From Phoronis australis (lineage: Eukaryota > Animalia > Phoronida), in contig NMRA01000018.1 in the NCBI GenBank assembly GCA_002633005.1, positions 180,291 to 244,290 of the forward strand: DNA of 64,000 nt, read 5' to 3'. Shown in pieces: positions 52,397-64,000 of the stretch; within the stretch, counting starts at the first letter, position 1, and the number at the start of each line of letters is the position of its first letter. Made by a program: the position numbers and the translations under genes. The notes under the pieces were generated by a model. The model searched no databases, had not been told where the DNA came from, and worked only from the letters and a program-made list of their open reading frames with translations.

Positions 52397-54999
52397 TGCA
52401 AATCACACAGCACAGACAGGTTCTGAAAGGATACACATGCTGAAAAGTCTTGCTACGCAGAAGTTGGGCCTGCTTAAGTTACGAAAATTTCAGCTCAACT
52501 CGGACAAAGGTCCATGGAAAAGTTGTTCAAGATCATCACTCGGTACTTAATTTAGATGTCACCTTTTGTCTTAGCTTCCTTAAGTTTTATTATCATTATT
52601 GTATTTCTTGGAAATTTTGGACACCTGTGTGAAACAGATAAAAAATGCTGGCCAGTAAAGAATCGCATCAATTAGTAATGGAAATTGTTCAATACTAAAT
52701 TTACCTAATTTCTGTGCTTGAACTCGTCTAGACAGGTAAGCATTTATTTTGGAATAAAACAGCAGAGTGGTGAGTGTGTTTGATCATGTAACTGATTGTA
52801 TTACGTCTTCCAGGTCTTGTGGCAGTTTGTGTGTACTGTTTGGCCTTTTTGTTGCCTGGACGACTTTCCCACAGACGTGCTTTCACAAACATTGACGATC
52901 CATAAGAAACTAAATCACAAAGTTTAATGAATTCCAAAAATTCCACGTTAAACTGGCGTACAAGTGGAGTTTCATTTCGACAATTTCTCAATAAAAATTA
53001 ACTTCAAATGAAACTAAACTTTATAGCTAGAACGGTTTGTTTGTGATATTTGAATATGAAGTTTTTGCACTTGCAGTTGCATTAATGTCACAGGTGGAGT
53101 GGGGGCAGAGACAGTTGAGTGCAACCCAACCAATGTTGACACCCACCACATTTAATTCCTGTTAAAAAAGAAAATAATAAGAAATTTGCAATATTATAAC
53201 TCATTAAATATAGTTATGAAAATAAAAGGTTTTCATTAACAGATCATGAAAAAAGTTGTTCATAATGGAAAAGAATGAAATTCAACACCAATTAATCAAA
53301 CGGTGTGCCCTGTTCATTCCAGATCATCTTGTCAACAAAGAGAATCAAACTGAAGCAGATGACAAAAACTGTGACATTCGTTTCATCTTAGCTTTCACCA
53401 TTCACTAGCGTCATCACAATCCTTGCATCATTTAACTCAATAGTTGTGGTACGTGGGGGGAAAGGGGCAAATGCCTACACCAAATGTTTGAAACATTAAA
53501 AGACACTCAACGTTTTCCTTGAGAAGTGCTAGTGGGCCCCAGTCGCGGATTTAGAGAGGAAATTCACCTAGATTCCGTTTGGCAGTTCGGGGTTGCGAAT
53601 GTCTGACGGGCAAAATCCTGGCTACTATTCTGTCCTAACCCCCTTCCCAACTCAAAATCCTGGATTCGCCCCTGGGCCCCCTAAAGAGCTGTTATGCTTT
53701 GTGGATCACTTGAATTCACTTTTAATCATCTTATGTAGCTGCTCTTGACATTCTAAACACCTACCGTGCAATTTCGCTCTTTCTGAACGTCTAATTTATG
53801 CAGTCAAAAAATAGGGACGATTTTCAGATACCTGGCATCCCATTATCAACAAGTCTACAAAACCACAAAAGTATATATTTTCTGAAAGTAGAAAAGCCTG
53901 TAGAATTTAAATTTTGACTTTAAATCAATCTGCTATTAATTGGGTCACATGACCATAATATTTAGCAAAAAGGAAATACTAGTTTTTAGAAAAATTATGG
54001 TATTGATAGCAAGATCAAGTTTTATTTGACTGTTAGCATTTCAGGTCAAATTTAAACACAAGAAAACAAATTAGCGGTTCATCAAACGATGTCATACGTA
54101 CAATACCATCTATATTATACTATGTAGGGTTCCTAAGTACATATGTTTCTTTATTTTAATTAGCTTAGAACATGAATCATCATGCAGTGAAAACTAAACA
54201 CCTAAAAGGTAAACAGTACAAACGTCGTTCTCGGGTAAACCAGTAATTTTTAACATGTAACCACCAGAACCGTAAGAAGCGGCGGGGCCGGGGGGACGCA
54301 CACCCCCTTAAAAAAAATTGCAGGCATCAGGGTGGCAACTGATATAGGCGTGGGGCCAGGGACAGTCCAGAAAAGAAAGACTGAAACACGGAGATGAGAG
54401 AAAATTCAAGAGAACATTTGACAAATCAGTATCAGTGCATGGTTTATCCTTTGAGGGCTCTGGCCAGGATATTGTTGTTAGGCCGGATCTCCATTTTTGC
54501 AGCATAGGCCGTCTAAATGCACTTAAAAACGTACACTAAATCATTCATGCATGTATTTCAAAAAATCATAAAAATTTGTAAAGCGAATCTTTTTCGGTGT
54601 GTATTACTTCACTGGATTTTTAAATTGAATAAGACAATTTTGCTGCAAAATTACATTTTTCCAGAGGCCCATCTCTGACTAGGGATAGCGGACAACTGTT
54701 GCTCTATTTTTTCGTTTTATTCTTGAATTCCATTAATTTTCTTCTTAAAAACTCAGAATTGCTTGCATGCCATTTCCATGCACATTACAAAGATGGAGCA
54801 CACCATGACTGACGCACCTATGCTAAAAATAACTTGGTGTAACCATGCAGTAAGCCCGCGCACAATCTTAAGCAATCCACGGGAACTGAATTTGAACTCC
54901 AAGCATTGAAGTGTATAGATTTTCACGACACACTCTGTATCAGTCACCAGAAACCAAACTACTGGCCGTGTTTCAACAAGGGATTTTGAAACATCCCCA

Positions 55000-57900
55000 A
55001 AGGCACTATACCAGGGACCTCGAGACCTCACCTTTTCAAGAAATTCTTTCAGAGAATGACCATAATAAAATGAAGTTTTCCCAAAACTGAATCATCATGA
55101 TGAATCCTGACCTTAGAGCCAGCAAAGACGAATACAGGTAGGTACGAGCTACGCTGCCTGTCTCAAGTGAACGATAGCTGATCTGACAAGCAACTAGCCT
55201 AGTTCATAGAATTTCCTATATTCACACTCGCCTGTTAGATCTCAGCTACAGTTTCCTGAGACGGCTTCCAGCTACTGTCAGTGCACTGCATGGCCCTATG
55301 GCCCATTCTTACTCTCCGTGAGACATTGTTGGTTTACGGTTACTCCGGCACATCCTAATGGCTGCATCCCCGGGATTGCCCCCAATGGCAGACGTGGGGG
55401 GTTCGGTATTGGAGGATGGAGGTATCACGCGGAGAACGGGGGGATTTGTTTGTGCCCACCCAATAATTTTTGCCTTCCTACTAGTAATACCCTGGTGACC
55501 ACCTAAATTCCAAGGATCAAAGAACATCAAAAAGGACAAAGTTGACTAAGGCCTAGAAGACTGAACTTGTGGGCTTTCTTATTTCTACTCCTTTCCATTT
55601 TTCAGTAATTTTCAGTCAAAATTATCGACAGCTGCCAGTTGGCAAATTACCCATTAGTATAGGCAACCAACAAAACCATGAAGTAACGTCGTTGGTGTAC
55701 TAAATTATAGACGGGCGCCAAGTTGTCTGCTTCGACCATCCACGACTTCTAGTGGTGGTTGTGGTTGGAATGCATTCCGCGCACCGGCACATGAAACTCC
55801 ACGAACCCAAAATCACTGACGCGCCTTCGCTGGATATTACTACAGTTGCAACAACTGATCTCGCGTTCTCCCACAGGAGGGGCTCCATGCACATGGTTCA
55901 AGCTCGTTGGTGGGCCCCACCAACGAGCATGTGGGGCACCCGGCCGACCGTTGAAAAACTGAAACTGTACACACTAAGAGTAAGATTGTGTCGCGAGAGG
56001 GTGTGTCAGGGGTGCTGTTGGCCTGCGCCGCTGCGGTGAAATGCCGAGTCGTAGGCAGCTACATCGCGCCCTGAAATTCAGGGTGATGTAGGTGCCTACG
56101 ACTCGGGTAGCTGAGTAAAAGGGTTGATATTGAATCTAGTAGATCCCGTTGGCTGGCCGGCAGTTCAGACTGAGACAGTTCCAGAGCCAGTGGTAGGCTA
56201 CTCACTGACTGACTACTTGTCTACTGTCTATAAATTATAATTTGGTCCACTTTGCCCTACCCGAGTAACATGTCCAGCACTGTCTATCACTTACAACAAT
56301 CATTTTGATACGAAGTTGCAACCAGCACCACAAATTTAAGTCGATCTAAACCGCGGACCTGCTATGATAGTATAGGTATATGATAGACCACCAGCACCAC
56401 TAAGTCGCGTTCCTAGAGACCACGGACACGTTCGGCCGCGTGCAGGCGGGCGCCAAGTTGTCTGCTTCGACCATCCACGACATCTAGTGGTGGTTGTGGT
56501 TGGAATGCATTCCGCGCACCGGCACATGAAACTCCACGAACCCAAAATCACGCCTTCACTGGATATTACTATCCATTACTACAGTTGCAACAACTGATCT
56601 CTCGTTCTTTCGCGTCCCACGGGAGGGGCTCCGGTTAGCCCCCTACCCACATGGATCTTGAATCGCAGAAAATGAGAAAAGAATGAACGAAGGACCAGCT
56701 TCTCTTTGTTATCCCATTGAATGACCTGCAGTGCCAAAATGACTCACCCACCCGGAAAAACTACTGCGTCCAGTCACTATGTGCGTTGAAAAGTGGCACT
56801 TGAGGTGCAACTGTAGACGGCACATCCGTCGCCCTTAATTGTCGTGCCGGTGGCCCAAGTGATTGGTAACTCGAACTGATGGGGTACTGTACTGAGTGGT
56901 AGGTGGGTTTTCGAAAAACTCTACTGCATTTTGAGTCTCATAAAGTGCTGGGGTTAATTGTTCTAGGAAGGCAAAAAGACTATACAAACTTGTTGGAACA
57001 GTACGTATGAGTCAGTGACTTTTGATTAATACTGCCGGTTAATTTTCAAAAACCTCTTTCCCCCGTCGTGGCCACCCCATAAAGCAAAGACTACAGGGTT
57101 TTGATTTGCGAAAAAGACTGCAGTGAGGGAATTCACTGCCAGGGTACTGACAAAAATGGTTGTCAAGGTCCCTAATCACTTACACGCAAATTGTATGAAA
57201 CTTTAAAAAATCTAGACAGTCTGTGTCATTGTGCCCGCAAACCAATTGGAGAGGCAGTTTTTAAGCGTCTACGACTGTGAAAACAATGGTAGCTGCCGGA
57301 TTAGAAATTACATCTAAATAACTGGCTAGAGCTTAAACCTGGCGTGCATCGAGATTTTAACTTTAGACTGTCACGCTACTTGTAAACTAACAAATTTGCG
57401 TGGTTTGTTTAATTTCAACTCTGAGTCTGAAACGCCGTCTTTGCTCAAAAATTAGACTTTGTCCTGAGCCTCCAGACTTACCCTGGCTGGGGCCTGAGTA
57501 CTTGACCCGCCGAAGGTGAGGAAACATGAACAGCAAACACCGTGTTTAACCGCAGGTCTACTATATAGCCTAGTTGTGTTGTATTGGTCTGAATTTTGGA
57601 AGTGCGAGTAAACCAGTAACGAACCATCTGTAATATATCGATAGTCAAGTATTAGCTCCGTTTATTGACGATTTTCAATTAAGAATGAGGTTCTGTGATT
57701 CAGTCATAACAACTTTGCAACGATAAACTAGGGCCACTTTAAACATTAAAAACTAATGACATAAACTACTTCAAAAAGTAAGTATACGATTTTTCTCTCC
57801 CAATTTTAGAGAAATTGAGAAAATTGACATGTTTCATAGGCCTACATGTAGGAGTTCAGTAGGAAATTCTCGACAGAACACGGTTTAAGAGGAAAAACAC

Positions 57901-58300
57901 TAATCAGAAAACGAAAGACATGAATTTATAGTTTAAATATTTTTGCTTGTTAAAGGTTCTTTTCACTCACAATTACCCGCGGACTAAGCTTTCATCACAA
58001 AACGTTTCCTTTGCCATGATCAACTGAAATCCAGCACCATAACCGGCCTCCTGTTCAGTAACGCTAGGACCTCGCTAAAAAGCAAGACTTCGCGAGATTA
58101 CGTGAGATATTGCCGTGCATTTTAAATAACAACACGTGACTTTGACTACGTTTTAGCTAGGTCCTGGCGTAGGTCCTAGCGTCTACTGAATGCACGCCGG
58201 GTTTCAATCAGGGTCACGTGACAATGCATAATTGACGGGATGGCACACCCCGTCAAAAGTGATGACTTTTTGAAACTTATTGTATTGCTGACGCATTGGA
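55000..58300 (-). promoter_or_regulatory. CpG-rich probable promoter / 5' non-coding exon region of the minus-strand gene
   Basis: CpG density rises. Candidate minus-strand donors at ~55031 (AAG|gtgagg), ~56747 (gtgagt), ~57481 (gtaagt) and ~57970 (gtgagt). TCTCGCGAAG-like motif at ~58088. The ATG exon has an acceptor, so an upstream exon must exist. Confidence 0.35.
55712..56632 (+). repeat. ~175-bp CpG-rich direct repeat (55712-55887 / 56447-56632)
   Basis: cgggcgccaagttgtctgcttcgacc...gaggggctcc occurs in both copies; no N between them. Confidence 0.9.
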
Positions 58301-59058
58301 TGACATGTTTAGAAATGGAAATCATTTCATCTTGGTGAGGATAGGTTTGAAACGTCATCGTTTTGTGTCTTTGTCTCGGATGAGCCTGCTTTGAATGTGG
58401 GTGTTTTTCAGTGTTCAAAAACATTTTTGACGGATCACATGAGTACAGAAATTTTCCAAGTAATTCGTACTCATGCTAAATTAACCTTTAAACCAATGAG
58501 ATTCAATTAAGAATTACCCGAAAAAGTTCCCTTATCCTTTTAAATTAAAGCCATGTTTCTTAAACAATTTGTGGCTGTTTTTCGACTATCAAATTTTCCT
58601 AAAAGCGTGCTCTCTCATCGCAGGAAAAATCTTTAGATATATTTCAAATTTTCCGACTGAACACATATATTTTTAACTTATCTCCATGTTCAAAACACAC
58701 ATAGTACGCTTGCTTTTTTAGCAGTTTACATTCCACGTCTACTCAATGCACCGGGACAAGTATTCGTTTTTTGCCGCTCACGGACGTATAGTGATTTCAT
58801 TTGAACTCGCAGCCGTTGCATGCACGTATACATACGATAGGAGGATGTTAATTCGAGAATAGAAAGTGTCTCAAGGTTTGTGCTGTCTAATACTCGCTCA
58901 AACCAGTAATTTTCTTTTCCGAGCATGCCATCATCAGTTTAGTACGGATGTACTTAATCCATAGTAGGCCATACTATTTTTCAACCTTGTCAAAAGTAAG
59001 GCACCCATTATCCGCACAAACACTACAAAACAGGTCTCCTGGTGTCAACCATTAAGTT

Positions 59059-60967
59059 TTATTAATGTAAATTTAATTCATTGTCACTGGTATTGTTTTC
59101 TGACACTAAAACTACCGCACGCTTGTTTTCTAGCTACAGTTGAGTTGCTTGCAAGCCGTCACAAACTTCAGCATCAGTACCCATCGTCAGTTTTCCTCGG
59201 TGTGAATTCCTCACTGGCGCTGACACACAGATCACAGGACTATTGACGGGCCTTATACAGACAACAGAACCAATTATGGATTTTTGGGTTGATTGAATTT
59301 TCATCCATTCACTTTTCTGTGACAATGAAGGCCGTGTTGTTGAGAAGGCTTTGGATTTTGTTGGGATATCTCAGTTATTCAAGGACTCCTTGTTTGTGTC
59401 AAGTCTCAATTAAAAAGCTTTGTGTGAACTACTTAAAAAGATTTAAAATACTGGGGCAACATGATCGAACCCTTCTGTGACATCCAAGGATGGCGTCGAA
59501 GAATACGACGAAGTCGACAATTATCTAGTTGACGTCATCAGGGGACCACTTCACTGGCGTGATGCAGTTGACGATGTACTTGTACCGTGTTGACAGGACT
59601 AGATCGATGGTGACACGGTATAACTTATTAGTGGACGGTCACCTGACCTGAGGTTATGTCCCCAGCATGATGAAAAAGGACTTTGGTTTTCACCTTGCTT
59701 ATCAAATCGACCATATTTTGGAAACTTCCCTCGCTTGAAAGGGGTCCGTCGGTGGTCATATTCAAATTAGTTTCTCACCTGTTTCAGACTGAGACTGCAG
59801 TGGCGTTGTTTTCGTTGAGAGATTATTTTTGCCCCAGTTGTCACGAAATTGGTTGAGCGACACAACAAAATAGAAAATCACCTGTCAGTGATGTCACACT
59901 TACTAACATATTCACCAGTCAATGATTCATCGGATACCATTTTTTTCTGGTTTTGTTGTTAAATGCAGTACAATGTTAAAAATGCACATAAAAATAACTG
60001 AAATTGGAATGCACTTTTTATCTATAACACCGGTATCACTGAATTATTCAGTTGTGCAGTTGCCCCTAAGATTTTAATTAAGTTTGTGGTGTGTTTAAAC
60101 TGAAACAAAAACATATTTGTCCATTGGGTTGAAGTTAATCGATACGCATTGATGATTTCAAATTATCGATGTTCAGTTTCCGTTCATTTAAAATACACTC
60201 ACTCGAATGGATCGAAACGAAGACTCACTGGCGTGATATGATATTGATGGTTTCCTTAACATTATAAACCTCATGGGATTTGACAGAATTTGAATGCAAG
60301 TCAGCAACGGTGCGGAGTTATTGTCAACGGAGATACACTGAACTTGATGAACGGGGGGGGNTTATTAATGTAAATTTAATTCATTGTCACTGGTATTGTT
60401 TTCTGACACTAAAACTACCGCACGCTTGTTTTCTAGCTACAGTTGAGTTGCTTGCAAGCCGTCACAAACTTCAGCATCAGTACTCATCGTCAGTTTTCCT
60501 CGGTGTGAATTCCTCACTGGCGCTGACACACAGATCACAGGACTATTGACGGGCCTTATACAGACAACAGAACCAATTATGGATTTTTGGGTTGATTGAA
60601 TTTTCATCCATTCATTTTTCTGTGACAATGAAGGCCGTGTTGTTGAGAAGGCTTTGGATTTTGTTGGGATATCTCAGTTATTCAAGGACTCCTTGTTTGT
60701 GTCGAATGAAAACGTGAAGTCTCAATTAAAAAGCTTTGTGTCAACTACTTAAAAAGATTTAAAATACTGGGGCAACATGATCGAACCCTTCTGTGACATC
60801 CAAGGATGGCGTCGAAGAAAACGACGAAGTCGACAATTATCTAGTTGACGTCATCAGGGGACCGCTTCACTGGCGTGATGCAGTTGACGATGTACTTGTA
60901 CCGTGTTGACAGGACTAGATCGATGGTGACACGGTATAACTTATTAGTGGACGGTCACCTGACCTGA
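59059..60967 (+). repeat. ~600-bp duplicate (59059-59651 / 60362-60967); second copy starts at the N at 60361
   Basis: Near-identical copies with one 14-bp indel. Confidence 0.85.
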
Positions 60968-62658
60968 AATTCTCCAGTTAGCATGTGACATCAAAACAAC
61001 GATTAACATTTCTGGTGGATTTTAGAACCCTAGGCGTTAAGGAAAAACATTGCAGTCAATGGGTAGTTCAGTGTCATTACATATAAAATTGCTTTCTGTG
61101 TGGGTTACGCTCATAAAGCTTCTGCGGCTTACCCTCGCGTTTCAAGAAACAGCGTTTACCCCTCGTCTTCCGTCGAGTGATCTCGGCCGTCATTCAAAAC
61201 GCGGCTGCGTTATATTACATTCGCCCATCCAGCCTAAAAAATGGGGGGCTCGAGTTTTTGAGAATGTGGACCTTTTGCCTAAAGTTTCATGGCGAACGTT
61301 CAGAGCTATGAATTGTGCATTCGCCAAATTTTGGCAGTTCCTGCCTTTTTAGTGAACTTTGTCTCGTTTTCTATTTTTTCGGAGTTTATGTTTCTCTGAG
61401 GCGGACCTTTTGCCCACTTCGCCAAATGGAGGGAGGGCTTGTTCGAGCCCCTCGAGCCCCAGTGGGTGCGCGCATGTATCATGTCACTAGAACTCTTGTT
61501 CTATGTTTGTGCCGAACATAGAGGACACCATAAGAGTTCCCATTTTACAATGAATAAAACAAAGCTTCGAGAAATAAGATCACCCATATGATAATTTAGT
61601 GAGAGTTTAGCAGTTTTGGTACACAGGTTTCGTGTTTATCAAGGAATATTGCAGAACACATTGATTGCGTAAGTCGTTACAATGCTTAATGCAGTTGTTA
61701 AATTATATAGACACCTTACCTGCCCTGGTCAATGATAGAGCGCAAATGTGTTACCCTCTGTTCTATTTAGACGCTCATTATTATTTAAAAATGAACATTA
61801 ATTGTTATCACCTTGACAGCTAGGAGGAGGTCAGTCAGGTGACACCCGAGTTCAACACACAAACACTAGAGTGGTAAGTACCAAACTTTGCTGCCAAGTA
61901 TCAAATTTTATGAATAATTCAATAAACCGTCAAATGGATTCCTATGAACAGGATAAAATTATCGGCCCAAGGACGTTTGCAGTCAAGTTCATGTGTTTCG
62001 TTATGCACCGTGCAGCGCCATCTTCTAGAACAATTGGGTCGTGTTTTAACATAGAACCATTTGTCTTTGTTTTTAGGAAAACAGGATTCTACTGAAAGTG
62101 TAACACAGCTTGGGTCCATAGAGGTTATGCTCGGTAATAATCACTTTGTAATATAAACTCGATTTTTTAAGTTTAGAGAAGATACAATCGCTACTCTTTA
62201 GGTTCATAATTTGTCGGCTCAGCCACATTCCGCTCTTTACAGAGCACAGAATTTACTTTACAAAAATTACATAAAAACAAAAAGAAAGCCTTTGAACGAG
62301 CAAACCACGCCCTTGATAAAAGCGTCAAAAGAAAATAACACATACGGTTTTAGAGAATGATGAAATCTGAGGAAAAAGTCAAAATGTGAAAATTTATCTA
62401 ATGAAGAATGGTTTGATGCATTCGAAAGTGTTTACTCGGATACTGTGAAATTTAACATCTAAGGAGAAATTCATCAATTTCATATCAAGAACTTTGTAAT
62501 CATTACGATTTAAATAATTTGTCGGAAGATACTGAATATGTATTAGACAATTTAATTCGAAATATGAGATGAATGTGATGGGGTACCATTGGTGTATTTT
62601 GAATATTGTACACCGCTTTTATTCATAGTTTGTCACTCCTGTAGGAGTCGGAGGTGAT

Positions 62659-62706
62659 GTGTGTGTGTGTGTGTGCGTGCGTGCGTGTGTGTGTGTGTGT
62701 CTGTGT
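62659..62706 (+). repeat. (GT)n microsatellite, interrupted
   Basis: Seen directly. Confidence 0.95.
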
Positions 62707-63597
62707 ATATATAACTTAGCGGAACGAAAGAAATTAGGGGCAAACGGTCATGCTCGTAATTATAGCGGGTGCATCAGGTGCTAAGGCAACCCACACTGAC
62801 AGGCCTGGTTTGTTTCTTATTAATTTGGAATGATCGGTTATGACTGACATCTGGTGCACCGGGGAAGATCTTACGACGGTGTCATGGGCGGCTATAGGGG
62901 AAAATAGGGGAAGCCCGGGCAAAGACAACGACCCATTTCGTTGCGAAATAGCCAGCATAATAGACTTCAAAGTTGCCCATACGTGTATTTAGATGCCATT
63001 TCTTTGACAACTGTTGGGGTCAGTGACTAATGGAATTGCTTATTACATGAAAAGTCAACACTAGCGCGTTGTAATATTGGGCGTCAATAGCGATGCCAAG
63101 CGACCGCTTCTGCTTTTGATATCTTCTCCTGCTACCCTCTCTCGCAAATTGTCCCTTTGCCTGAATATTTCTTAATGGACTCACGAAATGTTGATTTCCA
63201 TGGGATATTGTGTCGCAGTTCTAGGTGAAGCGGCTTGTGGACTAGACGGTCTCGCCACCTGGTGACTGTAAAAAGCATAGAAACGCAGTCTCCGTCCGTA
63301 ATTAAAATGTACTCCGTACTGGCGGTTGACCACTGACGCGACTGTCATGCGTGCAATCAAAGATAAGGAAATGATGTTAGAACGGAGTTCACGAAATTTT
63401 TATAAACTGCTATTGTTTTCAGCTGACGAAATTCGGTGTGTCCTGAAGCAAGGAGAATCATCTATAGGCCTACTGCCGCTATTGAAGAGCTACATCGTTT
63501 GTTTTAGACCGCTAATGTGAGGATCGTTAACCTCTGCCAACGCCTCTTGCCCCCGATTGCTGTGTTCATGCTCTGAAAGTTAGTTGATTGATTTTTT

Positions 63598-63629
63598 GGA
63601 TGGTTGGTTGGATGGTTGGTTGGTTGGTT
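63598..63629 (+). repeat. (GGTT/GGAT)n microsatellite
   Basis: Seen directly. Confidence 0.85.
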
Positions 63630-64000
63630 TACCTTGGTAACAGCCTTTCACTCAAACATGTTATGGTGAAAGTCTGAAAAGAACAAATTTGAGTTCTCGT
63701 ACGTCTTTCCTGTGATCAACAAGAAGGAAGAATTTTAGATTGTAAAAGGGCATCTCGTCAGATATTGTTCCGGAAACTTGAAACGCTTTATGTATCGTAT
63801 CTTGTCAGATTTTCAACTCACCACCATTCAACGATTACCCTAGTCACCGAAAGAAAGGCAAGCTGTTTGAAAAAGTAATGAGTTATTCTTTGAACGTGAT
63901 CATAAAAAAACAGTAAATTTAACCATCGCCGTGTTTTGAAATAATAGCAGTTGAAGTAAACAAAGATTTAATGCAAATCATTGTTTTCGACGGAAATTGA

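Larger units (their letters stand above)
49844..52727 (+). repeat. Tandem duplicate (49844-50906 / 50908-52727) joined at the N at 50907; ~750 bp (51018-51769) is present only in copy 2
   Basis: High identity with SNPs and small indels; single-N join. Confidence 0.85.

Noticed and set aside
55712-56632. Direct repeats as LTRs of a TRIM/LTR element
   Set aside because: No TG...CA termini, PBS, polypurine tract or TSD found.

Overview
AT-rich, repeat-dense eukaryotic (animal, probably marine invertebrate) draft scaffold with N gaps and several tandemly placed haplotype duplicates. It is not prokaryotic, and nearly all ORFs in the track are spurious. The main gene is on the minus strand and looks like the 5' part of a transmembrane adenylyl cyclase. 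An ATG exon (50330-50575, duplicated at 52151-52396) joins in phase 0 across a ~41-43 kb intron to a 141-bp exon (9144-9284, KTFAKMEIEKLYQQYCVRLK + TM1). A candidate alternative first exon lies at 35802-35930. The introns hold non-autonomous rolling-circle elements (Helentron/HINE-type and Helitron), MITEs and foldbacks (TA and 9-bp TSDs), tRNA-derived SINE heads and two decayed THAP-domain transposon genes. The most striking structure is a 2-kb HINE-type element (3541-5543). Its core is a higher-order satellite (3 x ~143 bp = ~430 bp) carrying 11 co-oriented CTCF-consensus motifs, i.e. a possible mobile insulator array.
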